DNA of 52,841 nucleotides from a virus (Duplodnaviria; Caudoviricetes). Location: the IMG/VR virus record IMGVR_UViG_3300022188_000015, positions 1 through 52,841 of that record. One strand, written 5' to 3'. Of this stretch, positions 46,101 through 52,841 are shown one piece after another (position 1 is the stretch's first letter; each line of letters begins with the position of its first letter). The notes below the pieces were generated by a model that worked only from the letters and a program-made list of their open reading frames with translations, ran no database searches and was not told the origin of the DNA. Made by a program: the position numbers and the translations under genes.

Positions 46101-47360
46101 AGCTTCCTGCTCTGCCTTTGCAATGGTCTCTCTAGGCACGAACTGCGGCTTGATAGGCTGCTCGTAAACAGGCTTTACCCTGGTGGCCTGTCTTTCAGGG
46201 TAAGCCGCTTTCTCTTCTGCCCATGCGCTAGGTTGCGCCTGTCTTTCTGCTTCCCATTGTGCTAAATCAACCCCTCTCTTTTCTGCCATCTGCTGAAGCT
46301 GCTCGTCTGGCCTTGCCTCTTCAGGCTCAGGCTCAACCGCTGCCTGCTTCGCCTTTTCTACAGTAACCGCTACCTTCTCTTTGGTATCGTCCGAGACCTT
46401 GGGATTCTCAAAGAAATCGTCCAATACCGCTTTTACCTGCTCAACGTTGCCCTTCTTAATAGCCTCGTTGAGCTTTTTGCGAATCCTTGCAATTTCAAGC
46501 TTCTCTTTGCCTTTACCACTTAGCTTGCTGATGACAGGCATTATCTGGAAAGCGGCAAACATGCCAAGGCTATCGGCTATGCTTTGCTTCAACTCGTCCT
46601 CAGTAGGGGCTCGCCCCTGTTTGGCCGCCTCATACACAGTTTGCCCTACGCCTACCCCTGTAAACCTAGCAGCGTCAGCGGCTATCTTTTTATACACAGG
46701 CCGTAAAGCTCGTTTCATAGCTGCTTCTGGCTGCAATGCCATGCTAGGGCCTTCATATAGCCTTGCATACACCCCTTGCTCTACAGCGCCTTTTACCGCC
46801 CCAGGAACACCTTCTTCTCTAGCGCCCTTGACTGCCCCCTGCGCCATCGAGCCAACAACGAAGTCGCTCATATCGCCCAGCCATTTGGCAATCCTGGTGG
46901 AAGCAGTAGCAGCCTTTACCGTACTGCCTATGGCTAGAGCTTCGGGTATCTTTTCAAGCATATACCCAGCGCTCTGACTAAGCCTGTTCAAAAAATTCTT
47001 AGCTGCGCTTTTCGTCTCAGGTAATTCCAAGGATTGCGCTGCTGCTTCATAGCTCTTTGCCATCCTCTCTGTAAGAGGCTTTAGAGGCGGCACAAGGGTC
47101 CCTACATCTTCGGCAAGCGAACCATAGGCATGGTACAAGCCTTTAGCCAGGCCCTTGACAGCCGACTCAATATAACCAGGCTCTTGCTGCTGTTCCTGTG
47201 GCGGGGCTTGCTCTTGCACAAGCTTGTCCATTACAGGCGCAATGGCAGGCGCTACCACCTTTTTCCATTGCTCAGGATAAAGCTGTTTGAACCTTTCTAA
47301 ACGTTCTTGCAGAGAGGTATTTTTATCGCCATATATGCGAGGGTCTAGTAAGAGAGGCAT
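40197..47360 (-). CDS. Giant polyvalent internal virion (ejection) protein with an N6-adenine methyltransferase domain
   Basis: 2387 aa; FFPTPK, VLEPSAGKG, IMNPPF; zincin-like KGVFY..VYLVAENL...EEVIGHAGL; hydrophobic LPD-like C-terminus. Confidence 0.8.
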   Translation of the reverse strand: MPLLLDPRIYGDKNTSLQERLERFKQLYPEQWKKVVAPAIAPVMDKLVQEQAPPQEQQQEPGYIESAVKGLAKGLYHAYGSLAEDVGTLVPPLKPLTERMAKSYEAAAQSLELPETKSAAKNFLNRLSQSAGYMLEKIPEALAIGSTVKAATASTRIAKWLGDMSDFVVGSMAQGAVKGAREEGVPGAVKGAVEQGVYARLYEGPSMALQPEAAMKRALRPVYKKIAADAARFTGVGVGQTVYEAAKQGRAPTEDELKQSIADSLGMFAAFQIMPVISKLSGKGKEKLEIARIRKKLNEAIKKGNVEQVKAVLDDFFENPKVSDDTKEKVAVTVEKAKQAAVEPEPEEARPDEQLQQMAEKRGVDLAQWEAERQAQPSAWAEEKAAYPERQATRVKPVYEQPIKPQFVPRETIAKAEQEAEQVAKFGRLPRGEVINVSPAAPEREEPRLITPRETFLERAKRRGGGKPGVEEKVQPAVPEEPTIWTPRTMGPREVIRFAEQEREAGPIHEGMTKPEVQEVPGKEGQGMPTGRGVQGIRRGGQEAETIEEVTTKSGKPFKIKGALVLQLRKRGLLDTHEPVKVDEGWIGKPKETALPRMEAAPGAVEKEAGPAKSEISLQDKIQIVKDQIATRKANKQKVPQHLYDKLNEWTALLEGREKPGESVVSLEVFGHPSATNIRSEKYGNLIPIKVKDKATVEKRINKTQKLIDELQAKLGKNKKLSVEEETILGLLKNETMPELNRLWKQLEKTPEQAPKKEAVQSKQPKTEPQKPTPKQAEAKQPWEMTRGEFEAEYWKARKRLFPVRDVPAKRAILDKLFHESSHYRNKIEWTLEEIQQAKLDLKKGRQTKAKKAAIDLLEKIAPSPENMRKEFISRALKENKLTPEQYNKLHAKDYGEYGSEEFKRNFPDVEVKGKERIKKETKIKEKKSKPIKPKKTDLKKVARFRELANNLQKQIDEKRNPAISQLRLTPRRARIAAGMAQDAEHLEHIQAKLYALADAIENKILPSSLSGITNKAQVEALLRWQDFPKFNARNLHAVQDNKRLVKAGIDNDNKFQQAKRDLLALGKSKKKTPEEIRTEKIKKAELELVGKNVGVDFFPTPKPIIEKMLNIAEIKPGMSVLEPSAGKGDIADSIKEKYKKVKLKTVEISSALNDLLKLKGYDVEQGDFLKHKGQYDRIIMNPPFSKGQDIDHVRYAYDLLKPHGRLVAIMSEGPFFRSDKKAKAFREWLKKVGGTSEKLPSKSFTGKEAFRQTGASSRLVVIDKLTKKPTGIKQYSLGERPEKPLTKPLVDLMVKKASAKWKETPGITVVEKQSDLPKEVQRPEPIKGVFYKGKVYLVAENLASHKDVVKTLTEEVIGHAGLRKALDSKLYDQTLDTLWNKHKDDILPIAKDYKLDVTKPEQRRQAVDEWIAKQIADDSLPKRIWQRLVFAVKAFARKLGYSGNFTLNEIKGMLRAGVNRKYGSPVEGEKRFALGKAADTEQLKEAAEVIKETEKEPEAPESIKPFMEKVKDSKAKDFLAKTKNALLEAFAPELLHEKGKEAEAKASELVAKELHAVNVIKNALYERKLWWDKLPESARLKYIISFEEGDNKALMELAGGNKKVYETLQAIKAEHRDLYNKIYEAEKKAGIELNYIKDYWVHLWKDPDKAARVFRQFRETMGKDPFTRSRILDTIRQGLELGLELKTTNPEEMVIARINSGLRAITRQKFMDWLVENGLAEPYKKGTKLTKEFDTIVKMPDGKTYMVSKARAEKLEKMSDAGKRVYLKNLIKNGYIKPYEKGTDVAGKKVIDAPNGKAYAVEKEIVPLMENAGLKLEGPKSLWVKDTPAGMSYRTLMRAKNMFIPIKLGMSLFHATHIGTIMMPAVRTGIILDALEGGKSWGEAIKELAKVSTGLTQIKEVKEGLRLGKLLDKPLSELSPADRQAVQYILEGGFTTQMPHEWKVEAKEAFDKALASKNVAGILGHGVRRVVELSGSWLFEYYIPALKRVAYLKRVRDLMARRPELADKPNERLKEFTKIRKSIDNQFGEMTYKTLFWKPILKDVGIGSMLSMGWQLGFVREYGGAAVDTARFFKELAKKVAKKEGKPEITGRMVFVLDYTIQSLLLGGLLTWALTGSMPQKLIDYIYPRTGDQEPDGTPTRLNTPYYTREFGAIAQHIKTEGPATGMLHMFRNKANPMIAPILRLWSNKDFYGTDIRDPHAPILTQTKQFFEYLAGEAAPISLSSAKRGAETMGWAKSLLLSEIGFTKAPAYARLTPLQSKIFKYYSEYKDKRMTRDEAERSRIKRKMRVEWLTTGKISDETWKEAFDKDVFLAAKPSQVKANITTFIKSLRLSSDVRAFAGLPADIQVALLKEMNEQELKKFLPHAKGIAKIRYYRSKQKKGGKE

Positions 47361-47369
47361 TTGTCACTC

Positions 47370-48647
47370 CTACGGGTAATGCGGTTCATTCTCAGGTCTT
47401 TTCTTTAGCCATTCCCAGAGCCCTTTGAGGCCGCTTACCAAGGGAAAGCTTACACCAGGGCCTTGCCCATATTGCCTGGATAGGCCTTCTACATATTCAC
47501 CAGCAGGCCTTATACCTTCGCTTTGAGCAATAGCGGACAAGGTCGATATTGCCGCATCAGGCATATTACCTAGTTGCTCTATAATCCAGCCTTGGGGATT
47601 CGTGGTCAATGCGCTTAGGTCAAGGCCTTGCTGTGGCTGTTCAGAAGGTGTAAAGCTACCGCCTTGAAATCCCTCTTGTGGCGCAGACGTGGCCGTCATT
47701 TCCCTTTGTGGTGCTTCACCTGTTTGGTTGATACGGTTCCGCACTTCCTCAATCAGTGCTTGGGCCGTATCATTAGCCATTTTCTCTTCTTGCTTGAAGT
47801 AGTCTTCCCCTAAGCCAAGCATGGCCGACATTTTCTGCACACGCTCATGTAATGCAAGATCTCTCTTTGCTTGTGGATCACCCTGTGCGGCCCGTTTTCG
47901 CATGTTTTCAACGGCAATACGGATTCCACTGCCTAATGCTAGAGCTTGAGGGTCGTCAATGTATTGTGGGTACACAAACTTATCAAGGTATCCCGACAGA
48001 TACCTAAGCACGTTTAAAACTTGTTTATTTGGTTTGCCCTTCCTTTCCTGCTCTTTTCGCCATTTATAAACCTCAAAAGGTTCATATCGACCACCTACCT
48101 GATCTTCAGGTACAGTCTTGGTTTCACCGGTGAGTTTATCTATTACAGTGACTTTTTTGGGTTCTTTCCATCTGTCTTCAGGAACCCAATCGGCAGAGCT
48201 AGGCACCTCATTCTTACTGAATAGCTTTCTTTCTCTTGTCTTCCTGTTTACGTAAACAACCTTTTCAGGCAAACCAGTCAATATTCTGCCTTGCTTTATC
48301 AGTTCGCTACGTCTTACGTACTTAGTGTACTTAGCACCTGTAGTAGGATCAACCTCTGTAACCTTTACTAACGGATCGGCTTGCTCTTTCCACTCGTTGA
48401 ACGCTCTAACCGCTTTAACGATATTGAACATTTCAGTAGGGGTAAGCCGATTCGCTTCAGCAAACCGCCTAATTCCTTCAGGCGTATAATCACCCTGCTT
48501 GATAAATTCCTCGCCCAGCTTTCTAACCTTTTCCTTGCGCTGTTCTTCGGTTATGTTGCTAAGCACCTGAGCAAGCTGAAAAGGTGCTTGCGCTCTTGCC
48601 TGATAGCTCGCTCTGGCAACCGGTGCTATCGCTGATAAAACGGCCAT
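47370..48647 (-). CDS. Internal virion / ejection protein
   Basis: 425 aa, located in the ejection-protein cluster. Confidence 0.55.
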   Translation of the reverse strand: MAVLSAIAPVARASYQARAQAPFQLAQVLSNITEEQRKEKVRKLGEEFIKQGDYTPEGIRRFAEANRLTPTEMFNIVKAVRAFNEWKEQADPLVKVTEVDPTTGAKYTKYVRRSELIKQGRILTGLPEKVVYVNRKTRERKLFSKNEVPSSADWVPEDRWKEPKKVTVIDKLTGETKTVPEDQVGGRYEPFEVYKWRKEQERKGKPNKQVLNVLRYLSGYLDKFVYPQYIDDPQALALGSGIRIAVENMRKRAAQGDPQAKRDLALHERVQKMSAMLGLGEDYFKQEEKMANDTAQALIEEVRNRINQTGEAPQREMTATSAPQEGFQGGSFTPSEQPQQGLDLSALTTNPQGWIIEQLGNMPDAAISTLSAIAQSEGIRPAGEYVEGLSRQYGQGPGVSFPLVSGLKGLWEWLKKRPENEPHYP

Positions 48648-48667
48648 TTCACTTGACCTCCGTCTTG

Positions 48668-49642
48668 TTAATACTGGTAACTATTAAACAGCCAATTTCC
48701 TTGATTTTGCTTATTGCCGCCCCAAGTCTCGCCTAGCCGCTTTGCTTCGTTGACAACGCTAAGCATGCCTGCTAATTGAGACAAAAGCGGCACTTCAGGT
48801 GTTTCCATAGAACCCGTCTCTGTTACGGTAGGCGTCCGATACCGTAGCGCATTGAGTTGTAATGCAAGGGGTTGAAGCATACTAAGATATTTTAGCATGC
48901 TCGTAGCTGGCGTAAATTCAACCTCTTCGGCCAATCTTTTTGCAGCCAATTCCTTGGCCTGATCAACGATACCGAGGCCATATTTGGCTATATCCTGAGC
49001 TATTTGCCGTTGTGACCTAGATACAATGGGCGTTGAAAAACTGCCGAGCGATACTTTCACATTAGGCGTAGTCGCTTTATAATAAGCCTTAGATAATTGC
49101 CTCTGAGCCTCTTTTACAAGCTGTTCTAAAGTGTTTAAATATTTCTCGCTTGCTGCTTGCTTGGCTTCGGTGTCTGTTTTAACAAGCTGACGCACAGAAG
49201 TTGCCGGGGGCGTCTCGCCCTTAGCCGCATACTCATTTGGCGCCATTCCCTCTTTTTTGCCATACTTGATGTAGTGCTCATAAGCTTTCTGTGCCCCAAG
49301 CTCATTGGGGTTTTCGACGTTCGTGATATTATAAGCTCTTGCTACGTCAGGGCGCTGCTTCAAATACCAAACTGGATCAAACCAGCCCGGCACAGAAGTG
49401 TATCTAGTTAAGTGCGGCTGCCCTGTCCACATCGAAATAAATTCATCCCATAAAGCCTTATCCTGGCTGCTCCATGCAGCAGGCGAAGTCGTTTGGGTTT
49501 GAGATGCAGATGTTTTTCCGCTATCACCGCCCAGTAGCGCACCGCCTGCCCCTATCGCTGCACCTATTTCAGGGTGACCAGCTATAGCCGCCACAGGCGC
49601 CGCTATGCTAGCCGCTTTCTTGAGAAAACTTCCTAAGCCCAT
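48668..49642 (-). CDS. Internal virion / DNA pilot-like protein
   Basis: MGLGSFLKKAASIAAPVAAI...GAAIGAGGALLGG start; FDPVWYL..RPDVA...HYIKYGKKEG motif. Confidence 0.6.
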   Translation of the reverse strand: MGLGSFLKKAASIAAPVAAIAGHPEIGAAIGAGGALLGGDSGKTSASQTQTTSPAAWSSQDKALWDEFISMWTGQPHLTRYTSVPGWFDPVWYLKQRPDVARAYNITNVENPNELGAQKAYEHYIKYGKKEGMAPNEYAAKGETPPATSVRQLVKTDTEAKQAASEKYLNTLEQLVKEAQRQLSKAYYKATTPNVKVSLGSFSTPIVSRSQRQIAQDIAKYGLGIVDQAKELAAKRLAEEVEFTPATSMLKYLSMLQPLALQLNALRYRTPTVTETGSMETPEVPLLSQLAGMLSVVNEAKRLGETWGGNKQNQGNWLFNSYQY

Positions 49643-49654
49643 ATTTTCCCTCCT

Positions 49655-51370
49655 TTAAAGCAATCCAGCCATAAGTTGATATGGGGCAAGAGGATCTTGA
49701 TACATGCCCGTGCTCTTCGTTGTTGCAGTCGTCTTTTTACCTAGCGATCCTAATGCGCTAAGCAAACTTGCTGGATCTGTAGCCGTGCTAGTGCTTGTGC
49801 TTCTTGTTATCTTGCTTAGAGAGCCAATAGCGCTCAGCAAATCAGTTGGGCTTTTACTAAACGACTGAGAAGTGCTTGTCGTTTCCTTTCCGAGACCGAC
49901 AATATCTGCTAGCGCTGAAGGCACTTGCATCTTTGCTAGCTCGGATTGTAGCGCTGACTCATATGCCTTATTAGCTATATCGGTAGCAATTCCTTTCGCA
50001 GTAGCACCTAAAGCAGTTCCAGCTATAGAGCTATTCAATAGCCCTTTGCTTGCTAACGTATTTAGCGTTCCCTGAAACGCTTCAGGCTGCAATGCTTGGC
50101 GCATAAGGTTGGAATACCGTTGCTGTAATATCTGGCCGATGTTTTTCGCAACGCTAGGCAACCTCTTTGCAACGTTTGTCAAAATTGGGGCTACTTCAGA
50201 CACTACTGGCGCCCCCCAATTTATGGCCGCTTTAGACAGCGTGCTTGAGGTTGTGGTAGGTATTAAATCGGTTGCTCCTTTAGACACTAATTGCGGTATT
50301 AGTGCCGAAGCCAGAGGATTTTCCCAATCCATACCTGAGTAAGCTTCAGATCCTGATTGCTTGACTGGCGTTAAATCACCCGGACTTGATTTGCTCAAAA
50401 TATCAGCTACGTATTGGCCAGCCGCCCCAGACCAGTCAAACCCTGACTCAGTAAGGCCGCTGGAGCTAGATGTTTTTGTGGGGTACCGGTCTTCAGGGAT
50501 TTTAAATTCGTCTTTTGGTTCCTCTATTTGGTAAAAACTATAAGCATCTTCAGGGCTATAATTTGAACCAGTGGCAATATTATAGGCCGTTGCTATGTAT
50601 TCAGGCGGTATGCCATATTCGATTAAAATCTCACGCTGTTGGGGTAGCGGCACTGTCTCAACAAATTCCTTGACCTGTTCAGGTGTGAAGATTTGATTAT
50701 TGATCATTATACCGCCGTTTGGCAAAAGCCTGGCGCCAGCATTATTAGATTCTTCAATTGAACCGCTGCCACTAGAGGCAGAAGCCGACTGTGGCGGCTC
50801 CATCCCGTAAAATTTGTAAGCATCTTCAGGGCTATAATTTGAACCAGTGGCAATATTATAGGCCGTTGCTATGTATTCAGGCGGTATGCCATATTCGATT
50901 AAAATCTCTTTCTGCTGGTCTACTGGCACTGCCTCAACGAATTGCTTAACCTCTTCAGGGCTAAAAACCTGTCCATCAATTACAATTTCGCCTGACGGTA
51001 GTAATTCGGTAGCGTGCTGTATTGCGTTCGTTTCACTGGTCCCCACGTTAGATCCTGAACTAGAAGTTCCTGCTGATGAAACCCGCTTCACAGGCGGTAC
51101 ACTCTGTTCTGGTATAGCAGAAGCCGACTGTGGCGGCTCCATCCCGTAAAATTTGTAAGCATCCTTAACAGTATAATTTGAACCCTTAGCTTTGTTATAA
51201 GCAGCAACTATCATCTCAGGCGTAATACCATACTCCGACAGCAACTCTTTTTGTCGCTCTATTGGCACCGTTTCAACAAACCCCTTAACCTCTTCAGGGC
51301 TAAAAACCTGTCCATCAATTACAATTTCGCCTGACGGTAGTAATTCGGTAGCGTGCTGTATTACACTCAT
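49655..51370 (-). CDS. Ser/Thr-rich internal virion protein with three tandem N-terminal domains
   Basis: LLPxGxIxIxxQxFxPExVKxFVE...YG..PE.I..AYN.A.GSNY occurs three times. Confidence 0.6.
   Translation of the reverse strand: MSVIQHATELLPSGEIVIDGQVFSPEEVKGFVETVPIERQKELLSEYGITPEMIVAAYNKAKGSNYTVKDAYKFYGMEPPQSASAIPEQSVPPVKRVSSAGTSSSGSNVGTSETNAIQHATELLPSGEIVIDGQVFSPEEVKQFVEAVPVDQQKEILIEYGIPPEYIATAYNIATGSNYSPEDAYKFYGMEPPQSASASSGSGSIEESNNAGARLLPNGGIMINNQIFTPEQVKEFVETVPLPQQREILIEYGIPPEYIATAYNIATGSNYSPEDAYSFYQIEEPKDEFKIPEDRYPTKTSSSSGLTESGFDWSGAAGQYVADILSKSSPGDLTPVKQSGSEAYSGMDWENPLASALIPQLVSKGATDLIPTTTSSTLSKAAINWGAPVVSEVAPILTNVAKRLPSVAKNIGQILQQRYSNLMRQALQPEAFQGTLNTLASKGLLNSSIAGTALGATAKGIATDIANKAYESALQSELAKMQVPSALADIVGLGKETTSTSQSFSKSPTDLLSAIGSLSKITRSTSTSTATDPASLLSALGSLGKKTTATTKSTGMYQDPLAPYQLMAGLL
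50541..51362. repeat. Identical intragenic DNA repeats
   Basis: 92 bp at 50541-50632 = 50817-50908; 79 bp at 50945-51023 = 51284-51362; 47 bp at 50778-50824 = 51117-51163. Confidence 0.85.
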
Positions 51371-51383
51371 TTTGCCGGCCCCC

Positions 51384-51899
51384 TTACCAGTAAATTATGC
51401 CCCTATCATTCATAGGAAACGGCACTGGAATGTAGGGGTTTTGTGGTTCTAGCCTTTTAAGGACGATCTTTTCATCTAATGACAAATACCAATAACAATT
51501 GTAAGCATGGTTCATAGAATAGTCTATGACCAGCCCGAGGGCATTTCCATACCCTTCATAAGCCAGGACAGCTTTAGCTATGATAGCAAAATCATCACAA
51601 TCTCTTTGTGTTCTGATATATCCCAGGGAAGCTGTAACCCCTCTTACCCATCGGAACAACAATGTCTCCTCTTCGGGGCTTGTAAGAATTATCTGCCAGG
51701 TATCCCAGTATACCTGAGTAAAGTTTGGCGGCCTTTCAAATTCTACCACTGAATGACTGCCTGTGCTATCTGCCTGAACGTCTGATGACTCTATCACTTC
51801 CCCTGTCTGAGGGTTAGCTATCATCCATGCCCCGCATGCAGTCCAGGCAAAAACGATAAAAAACAACGCTAAAATACTATGATATCTTTTCAATTGCAT
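51384..51899 (-). CDS. Secreted papain/transglutaminase-like protein
   Basis: Signal-like N-terminus; DCDDFA...HAYN...LEPQN. Confidence 0.6.
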   Translation of the reverse strand: MQLKRYHSILALFFIVFAWTACGAWMIANPQTGEVIESSDVQADSTGSHSVVEFERPPNFTQVYWDTWQIILTSPEEETLLFRWVRGVTASLGYIRTQRDCDDFAIIAKAVLAYEGYGNALGLVIDYSMNHAYNCYWYLSLDEKIVLKRLEPQNPYIPVPFPMNDRGIIYW

Positions 51900-52841
51900 G
51901 ACTATGAGGGACCTCCTTGCTTGTGCCTACCTTTCTAAACTTCCCAGTTAACGGGTCTAGCTCTACACCAGGCTTGATTTTGTATTTAGCCTTGGTTTTC
52001 TTTACCTTATATTGCTTAACTTCGCCAGTTTCTTCATCAAAGCAAAACTTGCTTTCTGTTTCAAACGTTGTAGTTATAGGGTTTGCCGTATCAAGCAATT
52101 CGCCTGATAATGACCTAAATTCGCCTTTTAACGGTAAAAAGAGTTCCATTGCCTGCGTTTCGCCGTTGAAAAACATGACTGCACCGCTTAATTTTTCAGG
52201 GGGGATTTCCTTTTTTACTTTAGCTACAATATCTTTTCGGGTTTGATAATCGTAAAGGACATACGGCGGGTCATTACCGCCATCACTCGTAAGCTTGCCA
52301 GTACAATGAATATCACCGGTGACATCTAAAGCATAAGACGGTGTAGAGTCTTTAATGCCCACATTGCCTTCCCAGTCCCAGTAAAGTGGCATCCCCCTGA
52401 AAACCCCTGTATGTAAGGCTGCCGAAAAACCACGCACCATATAAACAGCAATTGTCTCACCCGAAAAATCAAAATCAAATGTTAATCTCCAATACACCTC
52501 ATTGGCGTCATTAAGGTTTACGGGTAATATATGCGCTTGTACAGTAGAATAGCTTGCAGTCCCCCTCGTAGTCCAACTTGCTTGGTCGGCCGATGTTTCC
52601 ACTGTAAGGGTTAATGGCCGAGTCCAAGAGGATACCATAATAACACCCATAAGAAGATAAGCACCAGCATTAATAGTAATCCTAAACTTTTTATAAGTTT
52701 CCGAAAGCTCAACATAACTATCTTTTCTTCCATCAAGAAGATTTTGTAAATCATCAATTTTACTAGACCAGTCCACCCATGAGCTGCCGTCCCAGTATTC
52801 AGCAGAAACAATCGTCTTTCCCTGGCAGACATCGCTCCACT
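51877..52841 (-). CDS. 3' part of the junction-spanning tail fibre-like gene
   Basis: GNVGIKDSTPSYALDVTGDI fibre repeat motif; contiguous with 1..449 after circularisation. Confidence 0.75.
   Translation of the reverse strand, partial: WSDVCQGKTIVSAEYWDGSSWVDWSSKIDDLQNLLDGRKDSYVELSETYKKFRITINAGAYLLMGVIMVSSWTRPLTLTVETSADQASWTTRGTASYSTVQAHILPVNLNDANEVYWRLTFDFDFSGETIAVYMVRGFSAALHTGVFRGMPLYWDWEGNVGIKDSTPSYALDVTGDIHCTGKLTSDGGNDPPYVLYDYQTRKDIVAKVKKEIPPEKLSGAVMFFNGETQAMELFLPLKGEFRSLSGELLDTANPITTTFETESKFCFDEETGEVKQYKVKKTKAKYKIKPGVELDPLTGKFRKVGTSKEVPHSHAIEKIS
52700..52841. repeat. Terminal direct repeat, right copy
   Basis: Matches 1-142 with one mismatch. Confidence 0.95.

Noticed and set aside
50541-51362. 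Diversity-generating retroelement TR/VR pair
   Set aside because: The repeats are identical in-frame blocks without adenine-specific mismatches, and no reverse transcriptase is present
40851-52246. Numerous plus-strand ORFs inside the large late genes
   Set aside because: Antisense shadows fully overlapping well-supported minus-strand genes

Overview
This looks like a complete, circularly assembled tailed-phage genome of about 52,699 bp, since bases 1-142 recur at 52700-52841 with one mismatch. The virion appears podovirus-like: lambda GpA-type terminase, P22-like portal, N4-gp56-type capsid, tail adaptor and nozzle genes, large ejection proteins including a 2387-aa polyvalent protein with an adenine-methyltransferase domain, and an M15 endolysin plus holin. 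Four transcription blocks are visible: (i) late/structural genes on the minus strand, 12437 to 1 and across the junction 52699 to 32183; (ii) a small plus-strand block at 12757-14464; (iii) a minus-strand Cro-like/replication operon, 20631 to 14535, with a lambda-O-like initiator carrying iterons, SSB, HNH and a resolvase-like nuclease; (iv) a plus-strand early/recombination block, about 20780-32077, interrupted by a TnpB-only IS200/IS605 element. I recognised no integrase, CI repressor or partition genes. The main hit is a TIGR-Tas-type RNA-guided system inside the replication operon: a nuclease-less Nop/IS110-like protein (TasA-type, 15918-16694) flanked on both sides by 36-nt dual-repeat arrays with about 15 pairs of 9-nt spacers. 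Other unexplained elements are a GGC-NN pentamer tract, a tRNA-like ncRNA, a second HTH-plus-iteron cassette inserted between terS and terL, and a sigma54-like promoter with upstream palindromes. All protein calls come from reading motifs by eye; no database search was run.
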